From a virus: a stretch of DNA of 64,000 nucleotides. Positions 38,953 to 47,430 of this stretch are shown piece by piece (the first letter of the stretch is position 1; every line of letters starts with the position of its first letter). The position numbers and the translations under genes are program-made. The notes under the pieces are model-generated. The model saw only the letters and a program-made list of their open reading frames with translations. It did no database searches and had not been told where the DNA came from. Location: IMG/VR virus record IMGVR_UViG_3300038705_000018, positions 1 through 64,000 of that record, one strand, 5' to 3'.

Positions 38953-39762
38953 TTAAAATGGCAATGCCTTTCTTCTGTAATCCTTTGTTTCTTTGAAAGT
39001 GATCGTTCTGAAATTATTGAGAATCCGCGATACAATCCGTTCATCGTACGCCTCATCTAAACGCTTTCCTGTGAGGTTTGTCGTGAAGATAGTAGATTTA
39101 CCTTGCCTACCATCGAAAACATCGAATAGTACCCTATTAATGAAGTTTGTTGCTTTCGTATTGGCATCTAATGCGCCTAACTCTGCTCCTAAATCATCGA
39201 CTATTAATACTTGTGCTCTTACTAAACTTTGAATTATTGCGTCCTCAGTTAAGGAGGAATCTTTATTGAACGTACTTTTAATCTTCCGTAGCAATTCGCC
39301 AACTGTGACGAAGACAACAGATATCCCCGCACCTGCAAGCTGATCCGCTATAGCGTAAGCAAGATGTGTTTTCCCTGCTCCGCAATTTCCGGCCATAATC
39401 GTGTTAAATACTTTACCATTGAGATAATCCGTTGCGATGACCTTTGCGAGTCCAAGGTTCTTCGCTCCTTCCTCGCTAGTAGGTTGGTAGTTTTCAAAGT
39501 TAGCTTTCTTAATGTTGCTATCCGCAATCATGCTTTGTTGATGGAACATGAACTTCTTCTCATTCGCTTTATCTGCATCGTATTTAGCTTGTTCCTGTTG
39601 CTGAAGCTTCTTACTATCGTTTTCAAGGAAGCATCGAGGGCAAACAACTTGTCCACCGAACTTCATCTTATTCATGCCATGTGTATCACACACATCAGAA
39701 TCCATAGTCATATTCACCTTTTTGGCTATATCGGTTGGTATTGCTGCCGCAGCTCTCTGCAT
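38953..39762 (-). CDS. DnaC/IstB-like helicase loader ATPase
   Basis: Walker A (GNCGAGKTHLAYAI), Walker B (VLIVDDLG), and an N-terminal zinc-ribbon-like C..H...CPRC. Confidence 0.8.
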   Translation of the reverse strand: MQRAAAAIPTDIAKKVNMTMDSDVCDTHGMNKMKFGGQVVCPRCFLENDSKKLQQQEQAKYDADKANEKKFMFHQQSMIADSNIKKANFENYQPTSEEGAKNLGLAKVIATDYLNGKVFNTIMAGNCGAGKTHLAYAIADQLAGAGISVVFVTVGELLRKIKSTFNKDSSLTEDAIIQSLVRAQVLIVDDLGAELGALDANTKATNFINRVLFDVFDGRQGKSTIFTTNLTGKRLDEAYDERIVSRILNNFRTITFKETKDYRRKALPF

Positions 39763-40564
39763 TGTTATTCGCTCCTTTTTTAGAATTCATTTGAATAGTT
39801 AGTTGGTCAAACTTCTCCCGTAGCTTTTTAGGAGATAAAATGTTACCTTGCCAGAACGGATCAGCTTGGCACCAATCAATAACATCTTTAATCTCTTGCG
39901 GTTCTCTGTTATCGCGTTCTCGCATTAATCTAAACTCATTTGCCCAATTATTGAAGTTAGGTTCTTTTTGCCTAGGATTGTTCCCCTTAATTTTTTCAAA
40001 TAGATACTTAGCCCCATTGGTGTCGCAAGTTTCAAACTTGTGACGGGAAGATTTTTCTCTCTTCTTTTTATCTTTTTCTTTATCTAATTCTTTATCTTCT
40101 TCTATATCTGTATCGTCACGTGACGTCACGCAAACGTCATTTTCTTCACCCTTATTTTCTAGTGCTAATTGCTGTTGTTTCTTACGTTCACGGTACTTTT
40201 TGTTTCGTTCTGCATTCAATTGTTTTACACGTTCTAACCCATCGATGTTCTGATGTTTCTCCCAATTCGAGATGCATATGTACTGATCATCAGTGATGTC
40301 TATCATTCCGAATTGCTTAAACGTTTGTAGTGCGAGTCTCACAGTTGCTATCGGTCTATTAAAAAGTGTTGAGAGCATTTCTTCTGTGAAAGGAATGTTT
40401 TCACTCAAGAAAATGTAACCATTGGCATTTGTTCTGCCCGCTTGAGACAACAATTTAATCCAAATAATTAGTAGTGTATCTGCATCTGGTAAACTTTCAA
40501 TTAATCGAATCTTTTCATCTTCAAACATACTAGTAGAGAGCTTTATCCATTTAACATCTGCCAT
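39695..40564 (-). CDS. Phage replisome organizer (DnaD-like)
   Basis: N-terminus MADVKWIKLSTSMFEDEKIRLIE...LLIIWIKLLSQAGR is characteristic of the replisome-organizer N-terminal family. Confidence 0.75.
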   Translation of the reverse strand: MADVKWIKLSTSMFEDEKIRLIESLPDADTLLIIWIKLLSQAGRTNANGYIFLSENIPFTEEMLSTLFNRPIATVRLALQTFKQFGMIDITDDQYICISNWEKHQNIDGLERVKQLNAERNKKYRERKKQQQLALENKGEENDVCVTSRDDTDIEEDKELDKEKDKKKREKSSRHKFETCDTNGAKYLFEKIKGNNPRQKEPNFNNWANEFRLMRERDNREPQEIKDVIDWCQADPFWQGNILSPKKLREKFDQLTIQMNSKKGANNNAESCGSNTNRYSQKGEYDYGF

Positions 40565-40786
40565 TTAATTCACCTTCTTCATCCAACATTCATAACTCAC
40601 ATTGTCTTCCATGCCAGTAAACCGAACCTTTTCTCTCCCTCTGAACTTACCTTCATGATAAAAAGTTCTTTCTGCCCTATATATTCGTTTAATTGGCGTT
40701 ACATAGTCATAACCCCGTTTTTCTAAATCACGCACTGCTATTAACATTTCTTTCATTGATCCACGTCTGACAGGTATCTTAAACAT
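40565..40786 (-). CDS. Hypothetical protein (73 aa)
   Basis: GGGAGA RBS 7 nt before the MFKIPV start. Confidence 0.45.
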   Translation of the reverse strand: MFKIPVRRGSMKEMLIAVRDLEKRGYDYVTPIKRIYRAERTFYHEGKFRGREKVRFTGMEDNVSYECWMKKVN

Positions 40787-40977
40787 CACGCATTCTCCCT
40801 TTCGCATACCGCTATGTCGCCTTGAATTTTGATTATTTTATATCCTGGGTAGCGATCGGGAGTGATGTACTCAATCGCCTTTACTCTTGCTTCTTTTTTA
40901 TTCCGTGCGCCCTTCCACACCCACTTCGGAAGGACGACTTTAGATTGATTTTTGTCTAACATAGGCTTAGCATCTCC

Positions 40978-41610
40978 TTAGTTTGTTTGTTCTATTTTTT
41001 CTACTTTTTCTTGCTCTTCGATTTCAGAGGTTTCTTTTTCAGCCTGTTTAACCCACTTTGTTAATTTCTTAAGTACTTCTCCAGCTTGGTTTAATGTCAA
41101 TTCGCCAACTTCTTTAATACTTAAGTGTCCTTTAATCGTGTCTTCATCCACTTTTCGAAGAGAAGCTAATTTTTTTATGTTTACTTTAATTGCACCAACT
41201 TGTTGAGCAGTAATCATTTCCTCTTGGATCTCTGGTAAATCTTCACCCGCATAGATGTACAATCCTAATCCGTGAAGTGCAATTGCCTTTACTAAGCAAC
41301 GTTGGATACTTGTGTTAATGTCAAAGCTGTTAGGCTCTGCAATCGGCTTGTTCTGATTGTCAAGTATCGGGTGAATCTGACTTAGTGGTATTCCTTGTAC
41401 AGTTACTTCAACTTCTACAAAGTAACCACAATCTGTTTTGAGGTAAGGCACTCCATCAAATCGTTTTACTTCCCATGTAGCTGTTGGATCTACTTCACGA
41501 AGCTTTTTAACTGCCCATGCCCACGATAAGTAATTAAAACGCCCTTTCTTCTCAACATGTCCCGAACAATCTATTTGAGCCAATTTAGAAAAGTAATTTT
41601 CAGTTATCAT
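40978..41610 (-). CDS. Sak/DUF1071-type (Rad52-like) single-strand annealing protein
   Basis: GRFNYLSWAWAVKKLREVDP...WEV motif, and position in the replication/recombination module. Confidence 0.6.
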   Translation of the reverse strand: MITENYFSKLAQIDCSGHVEKKGRFNYLSWAWAVKKLREVDPTATWEVKRFDGVPYLKTDCGYFVEVEVTVQGIPLSQIHPILDNQNKPIAEPNSFDINTSIQRCLVKAIALHGLGLYIYAGEDLPEIQEEMITAQQVGAIKVNIKKLASLRKVDEDTIKGHLSIKEVGELTLNQAGEVLKKLTKWVKQAEKETSEIEEQEKVEKIEQTN

Positions 41611-41627
41611 ATGAATCTCCCCTTCTT

Positions 41628-41813
41628 TTAAAATGGTGCTATTTCCGTTTGTTTACTAGCTTCATACACTTCCATAAGTGCTTGTAATCCATATTCGTAA
41701 GCTACAACCATTGATGCAGCGTTAGGCTCTTTACTTTGCTTGTATCGTTCAACTAGACTCTTCATAATTTGAATTTCAGCTTCAATTTTGTTTTGTAGGA
41801 CCACCTTATTCAC
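41628..41813 (-). CDS. Hypothetical protein (61 aa)
   Basis: ORF in the early operon with overlapping ends. Confidence 0.4.
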   Translation of the reverse strand: MNKVVLQNKIEAEIQIMKSLVERYKQSKEPNAASMVVAYEYGLQALMEVYEASKQTEIAPF

Positions 41814-42006
41814 CTGCTACTTTCTTCATCGAATGTTCTTCAACGTACTGTTTGATGCATTCGGATTCGGTATGGATTGGATCACCACTAAAATCAAGGT
41901 ACCCTTCTCCGTAGAAGATTTCTCCACCACACCCTTGGCAATAATCCATGAAGTCTCTTGCTGATGAATCGTGATGGTTTCCGTAAGTAATTGGATTTTC
42001 AATCAT
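41806..42006 (-). CDS. Small Cys-containing hypothetical protein (66 aa)
   Basis: AAGGAGGA RBS before MIENPITYG. The upstream part of the track ORF has no RBS. Confidence 0.45.
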   Translation of the reverse strand: MIENPITYGNHHDSSARDFMDYCQGCGGEIFYGEGYLDFSGDPIHTESECIKQYVEEHSMKKVAGE

Positions 42007-42357
42007 TTTTTTGAATTCCTCCTTATTTACTGAGAGAAAACTTATGGTATAATATAGGTAGCTAATTTTAGGGAATGTTTTCTCTACATCGCTCGTTGCC
42101 ATCGAGCGTTTTTTATTTTTCAATAGCTAACTTTCTGAAAGTTTGTTAAAATTTAGTTACCGATATGTGTAACAACTGGCCTGTGCTTCTGTACGGGCTT
42201 TTTTGATGCTTTCACGCATCAAAATATCCAGGAATCCTTTTACTAGATGGGGAACACCATTAAATTCCTGAATATTACGACAAGCGAATGCGCGTCTTAT
42301 CCTTGTAGGATTTTCCTCCTTTCTGTCGAATTACTTAGACTGGAAGAAGGTGTTTTT

Positions 42358-42606
42358 ATGAAACCAACTACTATAAATATTCGTGTTGACTTAGATGATA
42401 TTTTCAAACTATCTCATCATGAAATTGTTGACGGTGTTTTAAAATACGTCCATGAACAATCGCACCAGTATAATGATTTAACTCCAGAGAGCAGTCTGGA
42501 AATGGTTATAAAAGAAGCAACAAAAGCTTATGAAGATAACTTAAGAAAACATATGCATGAACGATATAGTGCTACTATTTCTGGTCAAGTTGAAGTACAA
42601 CTTTAG
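42358..42606 (+). CDS. Hypothetical protein (82 aa)
   Basis: GAAGG-type RBS before MKPTTINIRV. Encoded on the opposite strand to the early operon. Confidence 0.45.
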   Translation: MKPTTINIRVDLDDIFKLSHHEIVDGVLKYVHEQSHQYNDLTPESSLEMVIKEATKAYEDNLRKHMHERYSATISGQVEVQL

Positions 42607-43006
42607 ATTCACAAATTTGCTTATTATTTAATAGAATTTTTACTTCTACAACAGCCTCTGTTACCGCAGGAGCTTGATTCTTGTTTTCTTCCACATGAAT
42701 CACTCCTTTTATCAAATTTTATCCATGTTCATAAATCCGTAAAATCTTTATATAAAAATTTAATGAACTATGTGTTAAACTTATTACATTCCAAGAAGTC
42801 CTTTACTTTTAGAATCGACAATTCTTCAATACCCTTAGTCTTGCCCTACATCCCCTTGTAGGGCTTTTATCATTTAGCAAGCGTGATATACCTCTTGTAT
42901 GTTTCCTCAACCTTATCTGCGCTGTTATGTATCCCTCTAGTTCGTAAATCACGTATCATTTTGATGATGTTTACTTTGTCTTCCTTATCCTTCTGCTGTT
43001 TATCCA

Positions 43007-43123
43007 TCAATTTTCATCCCTTATATACCGTCTATCTATCCAATCCATTAAACGAATGAATCCGGCAAGTAAAATGAATAGAACCAGAATCATTAGATGT
43101 GATAATGTGCTTTCTTCCGTCAT
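43007..43123 (-). CDS. 38-aa single-TM peptide (MTEESTLSHLMILVLFILLAGFIRLMDWIDRRYIRDEN)
   Basis: Not in the track (under 60 aa). AGGAGG 8 nt upstream. The ATG directly follows the TAA of the upstream ORF. Confidence 0.4.
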   Translation of the reverse strand: MTEESTLSHLMILVLFILLAGFIRLMDWIDRRYIRDEN

Positions 43124-43828
43124 TTAAACCGCCTCCTGCTCTTGCTCTTTCTTTAGTCGGTCTATGATGTAGGCTTGTCCTTTTGGTGTTACGTATGTTG
43201 TTGTCCATGTGAATGCTTCACCATTTGGTTTCTGTTTAACACCTTGTGCGATTTCAAAGTATCCTTTTTCAACTGCTAGCTGAGTTGGTTCAGTGGATCT
43301 TTTGAACATTAACTCCCATTCTCGAAGCTTTGCGAATAACTGGCGTTGGCCAATTTTTACTCCTTGTTTTGTTGCTAACTTTGCAACTTCACTTACTTTC
43401 AGTGTTTGTTCTGACTGCATACACGCTTCAGCAAAGACTACTAATGGTTTTTGCTGAACAATTTGTTGTTGTGCTGCTACAAGCCTTTCTTTTTCTTCTT
43501 TTAATTTAGTGATAAGACCAATTACGAAGTCTGGATTTGTTACTGCTTGTTCCAGGACTTAATCTGTCATGTATGCTCCGTGTTTTCTAATAGAAGGAAG
43601 TACTTCGCTTGTAACCCATTTTCGAAATTCTTTTGCTTTCTGAGTTTCTGATTCGAAAATTAGCTCATACAATCCATCTTCGGTACTGTATGGTTGTCCA
43701 TCGTGGACAATTACTGATATATCAGCTTTTTGGATGACTTTCTCGATACGATCTTTTCGAAGATAAGTTTTCCCTTTTGCCACTTTCGTATATCCAAGTG
43801 ACCACGCTACATTTTCAAGATTAAACAT
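43124..43828 (-). pseudogene. Antirepressor (BRO-N + KilAC domains) interrupted by one in-frame TAA
   Basis: Track ORFs 43559..43864 (BRO-N-like) and 43124..43420 (KilAC-like) are in the same frame. The stretch between them is open and encodes a canonical linker (VLEQAVTNPDFVIGLITKLKEEKERL...). The only stop is TAA at 43561..43559. Confidence 0.7.
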
Positions 43829-43892
43829 TTTCTTTCCTCCTCTTAGTTCACAAAAGGTGAACATTTAGTTAAAAATAATAGTTAACTTTTCG

Positions 43893-44093
43893 TTAACTTT
43901 CTACTAATTCATCAACTGTAACATCATACAATTTAGACAACAAACCCAATCTGTATATACTTGGTTGTCTCTTGCCAGATTCAAGTTGTGAATAAGCGGA
44001 TTTTGTTGAGTAACCAAGATAATCACCTACATAAGCTTGACTATAACCACGTTTCTTACGTAATGATTTGGCCTTTTCGATATTTAGTTTCAT
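43893..44093 (-). CDS. Cro-like XRE-family HTH protein
   Basis: RKKRGYSQAYVGDYLGYSTKSAYSQLESGKRQPS. Divergent from the cI-like gene. Confidence 0.8.
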   Translation of the reverse strand: MKLNIEKAKSLRKKRGYSQAYVGDYLGYSTKSAYSQLESGKRQPSIYRLGLLSKLYDVTVDELVES

Positions 44094-44137
44094 GTTTATC
44101 ACCTTTGTTCTTTTCGTTAATTTGATAATAACACATC

Positions 44138-44154
44138 GTTCACTTTTTGTGAAC
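44138..44154. promoter_or_regulatory. Operator-like palindrome GTTCAC-N5-GTGAAC in the cro/cI intergenic region
   Basis: Perfect inverted repeat. An extra GTGAAC half-site sits at 44200..44205. Confidence 0.5.
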
Positions 44155-44297
44155 AGTAAAATTTATTTTTTTCTCTAAACTTAAAAAGGTTGTCTTTGAG
44201 TGAACTTTCCTGTTAAATTTTATATATATTGACTATAGTTAATGAAAAAAAGTAAAAGATAAAAGTAGACGGGACTTCTATAAAGGAGAGAAAACTG

Positions 44298-44648
44298 ATG
44301 AATCATCAATTGATTAGTAAAAGGGTTAAAGAAATCAGAACGGAAATACTCAAAATGAGCCAATCTGAATTCATTAACGCATTAGGACTAAAAAGTAAAT
44401 CTGCTGTATCTATGTGGGAGAACGAAGAAATAGATAAATGTCCATCGAGAAAAACTTCTTTAGATATAGCTAAACTCGCAAATGTATCCGTTTCTTATGT
44501 ATTAGGTGAATCCGATGAGAAGAATCCTGAATTAACAGCGAAGGATGACTTAGAACAAGTAATGATAGATATTCGATCTAAGAATCCTGATAAACAAAAA
44601 GAACTTATTGAAATGATAAAACAACTAGTTAAAATATCAGGCGATTGA
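44298..44648 (+). CDS. cI-like XRE-family repressor
   Basis: N-terminal HTH (MSQSEFINALGLKSKSAVSMWENEE). AGGAG RBS. Confidence 0.8.
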   Translation: MNHQLISKRVKEIRTEILKMSQSEFINALGLKSKSAVSMWENEEIDKCPSRKTSLDIAKLANVSVSYVLGESDEKNPELTAKDDLEQVMIDIRSKNPDKQKELIEMIKQLVKISGD

Positions 44649-44653
44649 TAGCG

Positions 44654-44791
44654 TTAAATGCTACCGATCGCCTCTTTTATTTTCAAAAGAATTTCATAAG
44701 ACTCAGCATCCCCATTATGAGCCGCATTAAAAATTCCTTGTAGATTACTTTCAACTTCAATTAACTCTTTTTCGATTGTATTTTGTTCCAT
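44654..44791 (-). CDS. 45-aa ORF downstream of the propeptide gene (aimX-position candidate)
   Basis: Not in the track. GGAGGA 8 nt upstream. MEQNTIEKELIEVESNLQGIFNAAHNGDAESYEILLKIKEAIGSI. Confidence 0.4.
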   Translation of the reverse strand: MEQNTIEKELIEVESNLQGIFNAAHNGDAESYEILLKIKEAIGSI

Positions 44792-44890
44792 CACCAACAT
44801 CCTCCGATATTTTCATAGTAGTTTGTGAATTTCTCACAATGTATAACTAATATTTAATTTTGAAATTTAGTTAATCCCCCTATAAACAGC

Positions 44891-44925
44891 GAATGCGATT
44901 GCCCCATTAAGAGACAATCGCATTC
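44891..44925. promoter_or_regulatory. 11-bp perfect inverted repeat (GAATGCGATTG-N13-CAATCGCATTC) between the propeptide gene and the 45-aa ORF
   Basis: Read directly. Could be a receptor operator or a terminator/attenuator. Confidence 0.4.
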
Positions 44926-44957
44926 AATCTATTTATATCGGACCCTTAACCAGAAAA

Positions 44958-45113
44958 TTATCCCATTCCTGTCCCTGGGTCCATTCTAAGCATAATTTGA
45001 GTTTGAGCATCCTTTGCTACTTGTTTAGGCTGCTCCTTTTGACCTTTAACAGGAGATACATATAATACTCCGACTAAAGCCAAAGTTGTTACTAAAGCTA
45101 GTACTTTTTTCAT
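44958..45113 (-). CDS. Secreted signalling propeptide (AimP/Phr-like), 51 aa
   Basis: Not in the track. Its ATG overlaps the receptor TGA (ATGA). MKKVLALVTTLALVGVLYVSPVKGQKEQPKQVAKDAQTQIMLRMDPGTGMG: signal peptide, then polar pro-region, then a short C-terminal peptide. Confidence 0.65.
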   Translation of the reverse strand: MKKVLALVTTLALVGVLYVSPVKGQKEQPKQVAKDAQTQIMLRMDPGTGMG

Positions 45114-46312
45114 TTAGCATCACCCTTGTATATTATACTATTTTTATTAATATCTACCAATATTTTTCGAGGTAAATAACTATAAAATTTACACCCTTGC
45201 GAGTAGAATAACTCAATTGATTTTTCTAGTAATTTTCTATCTTCCAATGCCATTCCTAAATAACATAATTTCATTGGAGACAGACTACCATTCTCTTTTT
45301 CGTACTTTCTTAATATAGTGGCAGCTTTTTCTTTTTGTCCTGTTACTATATATAGAAGCGCTTTCTCGCCCACATCAAAAATTTGTAAATCATACATATC
45401 CTTTTGATGGATTATTCTAATGTAAGACCTCATATTTAAAAACTCTTTTTTTCGGTTTTCTGCTTTCTCATAGGATAGTTGGTCTAGCATCTCAATCCCT
45501 TTATTTAAATACCATAAAGATTGTTCATAATTTTCAACGTATGATTCACCTAAATATCCTAATGCAGAAATTTTTAATAACCTTAGATAACCTAATTCAT
45601 CATTAACATTCAATATACTATGGCATAGTTCTCTTGATTTTTCTATTTGCTCGTCCATTAGCAATGCATACGCATACCATTCCTTTACACGGCTACTGTA
45701 TATATCTTTTATAAATTGGCTAGGAAGTTCAGATATTTTTTCCTGTAATGTTTGTATATACCCATCTAAAAGTTTAAAATTCCTACAATCATACATAGAA
45801 TATAATGTTAAAATATCAAACATTATTTTAGTTTCTTCATTTTTAAGAACTTTACTCTTTTTCCTACTCTCAGTCTCCGTTAAAAGTTTTTCAGCTGTAA
45901 AAAATTTCTTAGCTCTTAACCAAACGAGTTCATATATATATGCCCATTCGTAAGTTTTAGAGTTATTAGATTCAAAGCCTCTTTGAATCGCAATTCTAAG
46001 GAGTTCCAAATCCCCTAAAGCATTTCCATACTCCATAGCTATTCTTAAATTCTTTTTACTTTTAGTTTTTTTACAAAATTCATGGATCATATAATTCTTT
46101 TCAAGCGGATCTTCATATAATAATTCAACTAACTTTACTACATTTAAAAAATTCAATTCACTTTTCCCTGATAAATTCTTTGAAAACGCAGGGCCACTTA
46201 TTCCAAGTTCTTTTGAAATACTCTCTTGGCTCTTTTTTTGAAAATCAATTTGATCAACAACTTTAAATAACCAATATTTCATTTTGCTCCTCCTTGCCGG
46301 AACAAAAGACAC
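45110..46312 (-). CDS. RRNPP-family receptor (HTH + TPR), AimR-like
   Basis: N-terminal HTH (ISKELGISGPAFSKNLSGK). 400 aa with a helical-repeat body rich in Y/L/E. Translationally coupled propeptide gene. Located next to the phage lysogeny switch. Confidence 0.65.
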   Translation of the reverse strand: MSFVPARRSKMKYWLFKVVDQIDFQKKSQESISKELGISGPAFSKNLSGKSELNFLNVVKLVELLYEDPLEKNYMIHEFCKKTKSKKNLRIAMEYGNALGDLELLRIAIQRGFESNNSKTYEWAYIYELVWLRAKKFFTAEKLLTETESRKKSKVLKNEETKIMFDILTLYSMYDCRNFKLLDGYIQTLQEKISELPSQFIKDIYSSRVKEWYAYALLMDEQIEKSRELCHSILNVNDELGYLRLLKISALGYLGESYVENYEQSLWYLNKGIEMLDQLSYEKAENRKKEFLNMRSYIRIIHQKDMYDLQIFDVGEKALLYIVTGQKEKAATILRKYEKENGSLSPMKLCYLGMALEDRKLLEKSIELFYSQGCKFYSYLPRKILVDINKNSIIYKGDAK

Positions 46313-46370
46313 GTAAACCCCATAAAGGAAAACGTGCCACCCTCAATCTATGGTGTGTTATAATTATATG

Positions 46371-46455
46371 TATAAGATCCGCGACAATGTTCCCTAGGGT
46401 AGTAGGGGCAGTGTAAGAGTGTTACCAGCACTACTTGCACCGTGGGTCTTTTTTA
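46371..46455 (+). ncRNA. Candidate about 85-nt sRNA
   Basis: Extended -10 TGTTATAAT (46356..46364). 9-bp closing stem AGAUCCGCG/CGUGGGUCU encloses internal hairpins (CCCUA..UAGGGG), followed by T6. No ORF. Confidence 0.35.
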
Positions 46456-46760
46456 CGTCCGTTTATTTTATTATTTTCATAATATCATATTTTTGCCAAA
46501 ATTCAGTCGTGTGGTTATCAGAAAAATGTTGAGAAAGTTTGAAAATAGCTGTATATCAAGGTTTTCTTACGCTTTATTGAAAGGATATGCAATAGTGCAT
46601 CTTTCTGTATGAAGTACCTATATACATATTTTACTGTATTAACCATGAGAGATACCGCTCTCTTTTTTTATTTACTCTTTTTAAACTAGAACCTTTTTAT
46701 ACAACCTTCATAATATATATGGGACAACCTTAAACTCTTTTTTGAGAGGAATGATTAGAT

Positions 46761-47222
46761 ATGGCAGATTATTTCTGTAAAGATGGAAAGAAATATTACA
46801 AGAAAAAAGAAAAATCATGTAACTCTTCAAACTCCAATAACTGTTTCATAGAGACATTTACAATTTTCGGCTCTGAAACTACCCCTACAAGTCTTGAAAT
46901 TCCACCCGGTTCTACAATTACCCTATTTGAAAATTTTACAACTAATCACAATAAAACTCTAATTCGCTTTAGTTTTAGCCCTGTATTTGCTGCGTTTGTT
47001 ACATTGACTATTAGAACATTTAATTCTACAACTCCACAAACAATTACATTAACACCAGGAGATAGAAAAACTTTCTTATTTGAGGATGTTCAAAGTATTA
47101 CTTTCTCAAATGCCACTACAGCTAACGCTGAACTTAGTCCATTATTTATCCAACAAACAACATGTATTTGTTGTGGTGAATCAAATTCATATTACTATGA
47201 GAGTAGTGATTATGGTTATTAG
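46761..47222 (+). CDS. Cys-flanked beta-rich small protein (possible DUF3992/Ena-like)
   Basis: GAGAGGAA RBS. N-terminal Cys residues (C6, C20, C28), a Thr/Ser/Phe-rich beta-type core, and C-terminal CICC. Own terminator at 47233..47256. Confidence 0.5.
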   Translation: MADYFCKDGKKYYKKKEKSCNSSNSNNCFIETFTIFGSETTPTSLEIPPGSTITLFENFTTNHNKTLIRFSFSPVFAAFVTLTIRTFNSTTPQTITLTPGDRKTFLFEDVQSITFSNATTANAELSPLFIQQTTCICCGESNSYYYESSDYGY

Positions 47223-47430
47223 TAGTTATTATAGAGGGCTTCGGCTCTCTTTTTTTATGTATGTTCTGAAACTGGATTTACATACAGGTGTCCTTAATGG
47301 AGAGAGTTACAAAGGGGAAACTTCATTTTCTCTATAACTGAGGTATTGTTGATTTATGCTATTATAATTTTATAATTATTTTTTTCATTTGATTCATAGT
47401 TAAAACTGAAACTGTCTTGGGGGATTAAAC

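Larger units (their letters stand above)
12346..46312 (-). mobile_element. Siphovirus-type temperate prophage (lysis to lysogeny/communication module); may extend left to about 7.2 kb
   Basis: Colinear minus-strand modules: endolysin, holin, tail, head, portal, terminase, recombinase, RecU, replication, antirepressor, cro/cI, AimR-like receptor. No integrase or att sites recognised. Confidence 0.85.
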
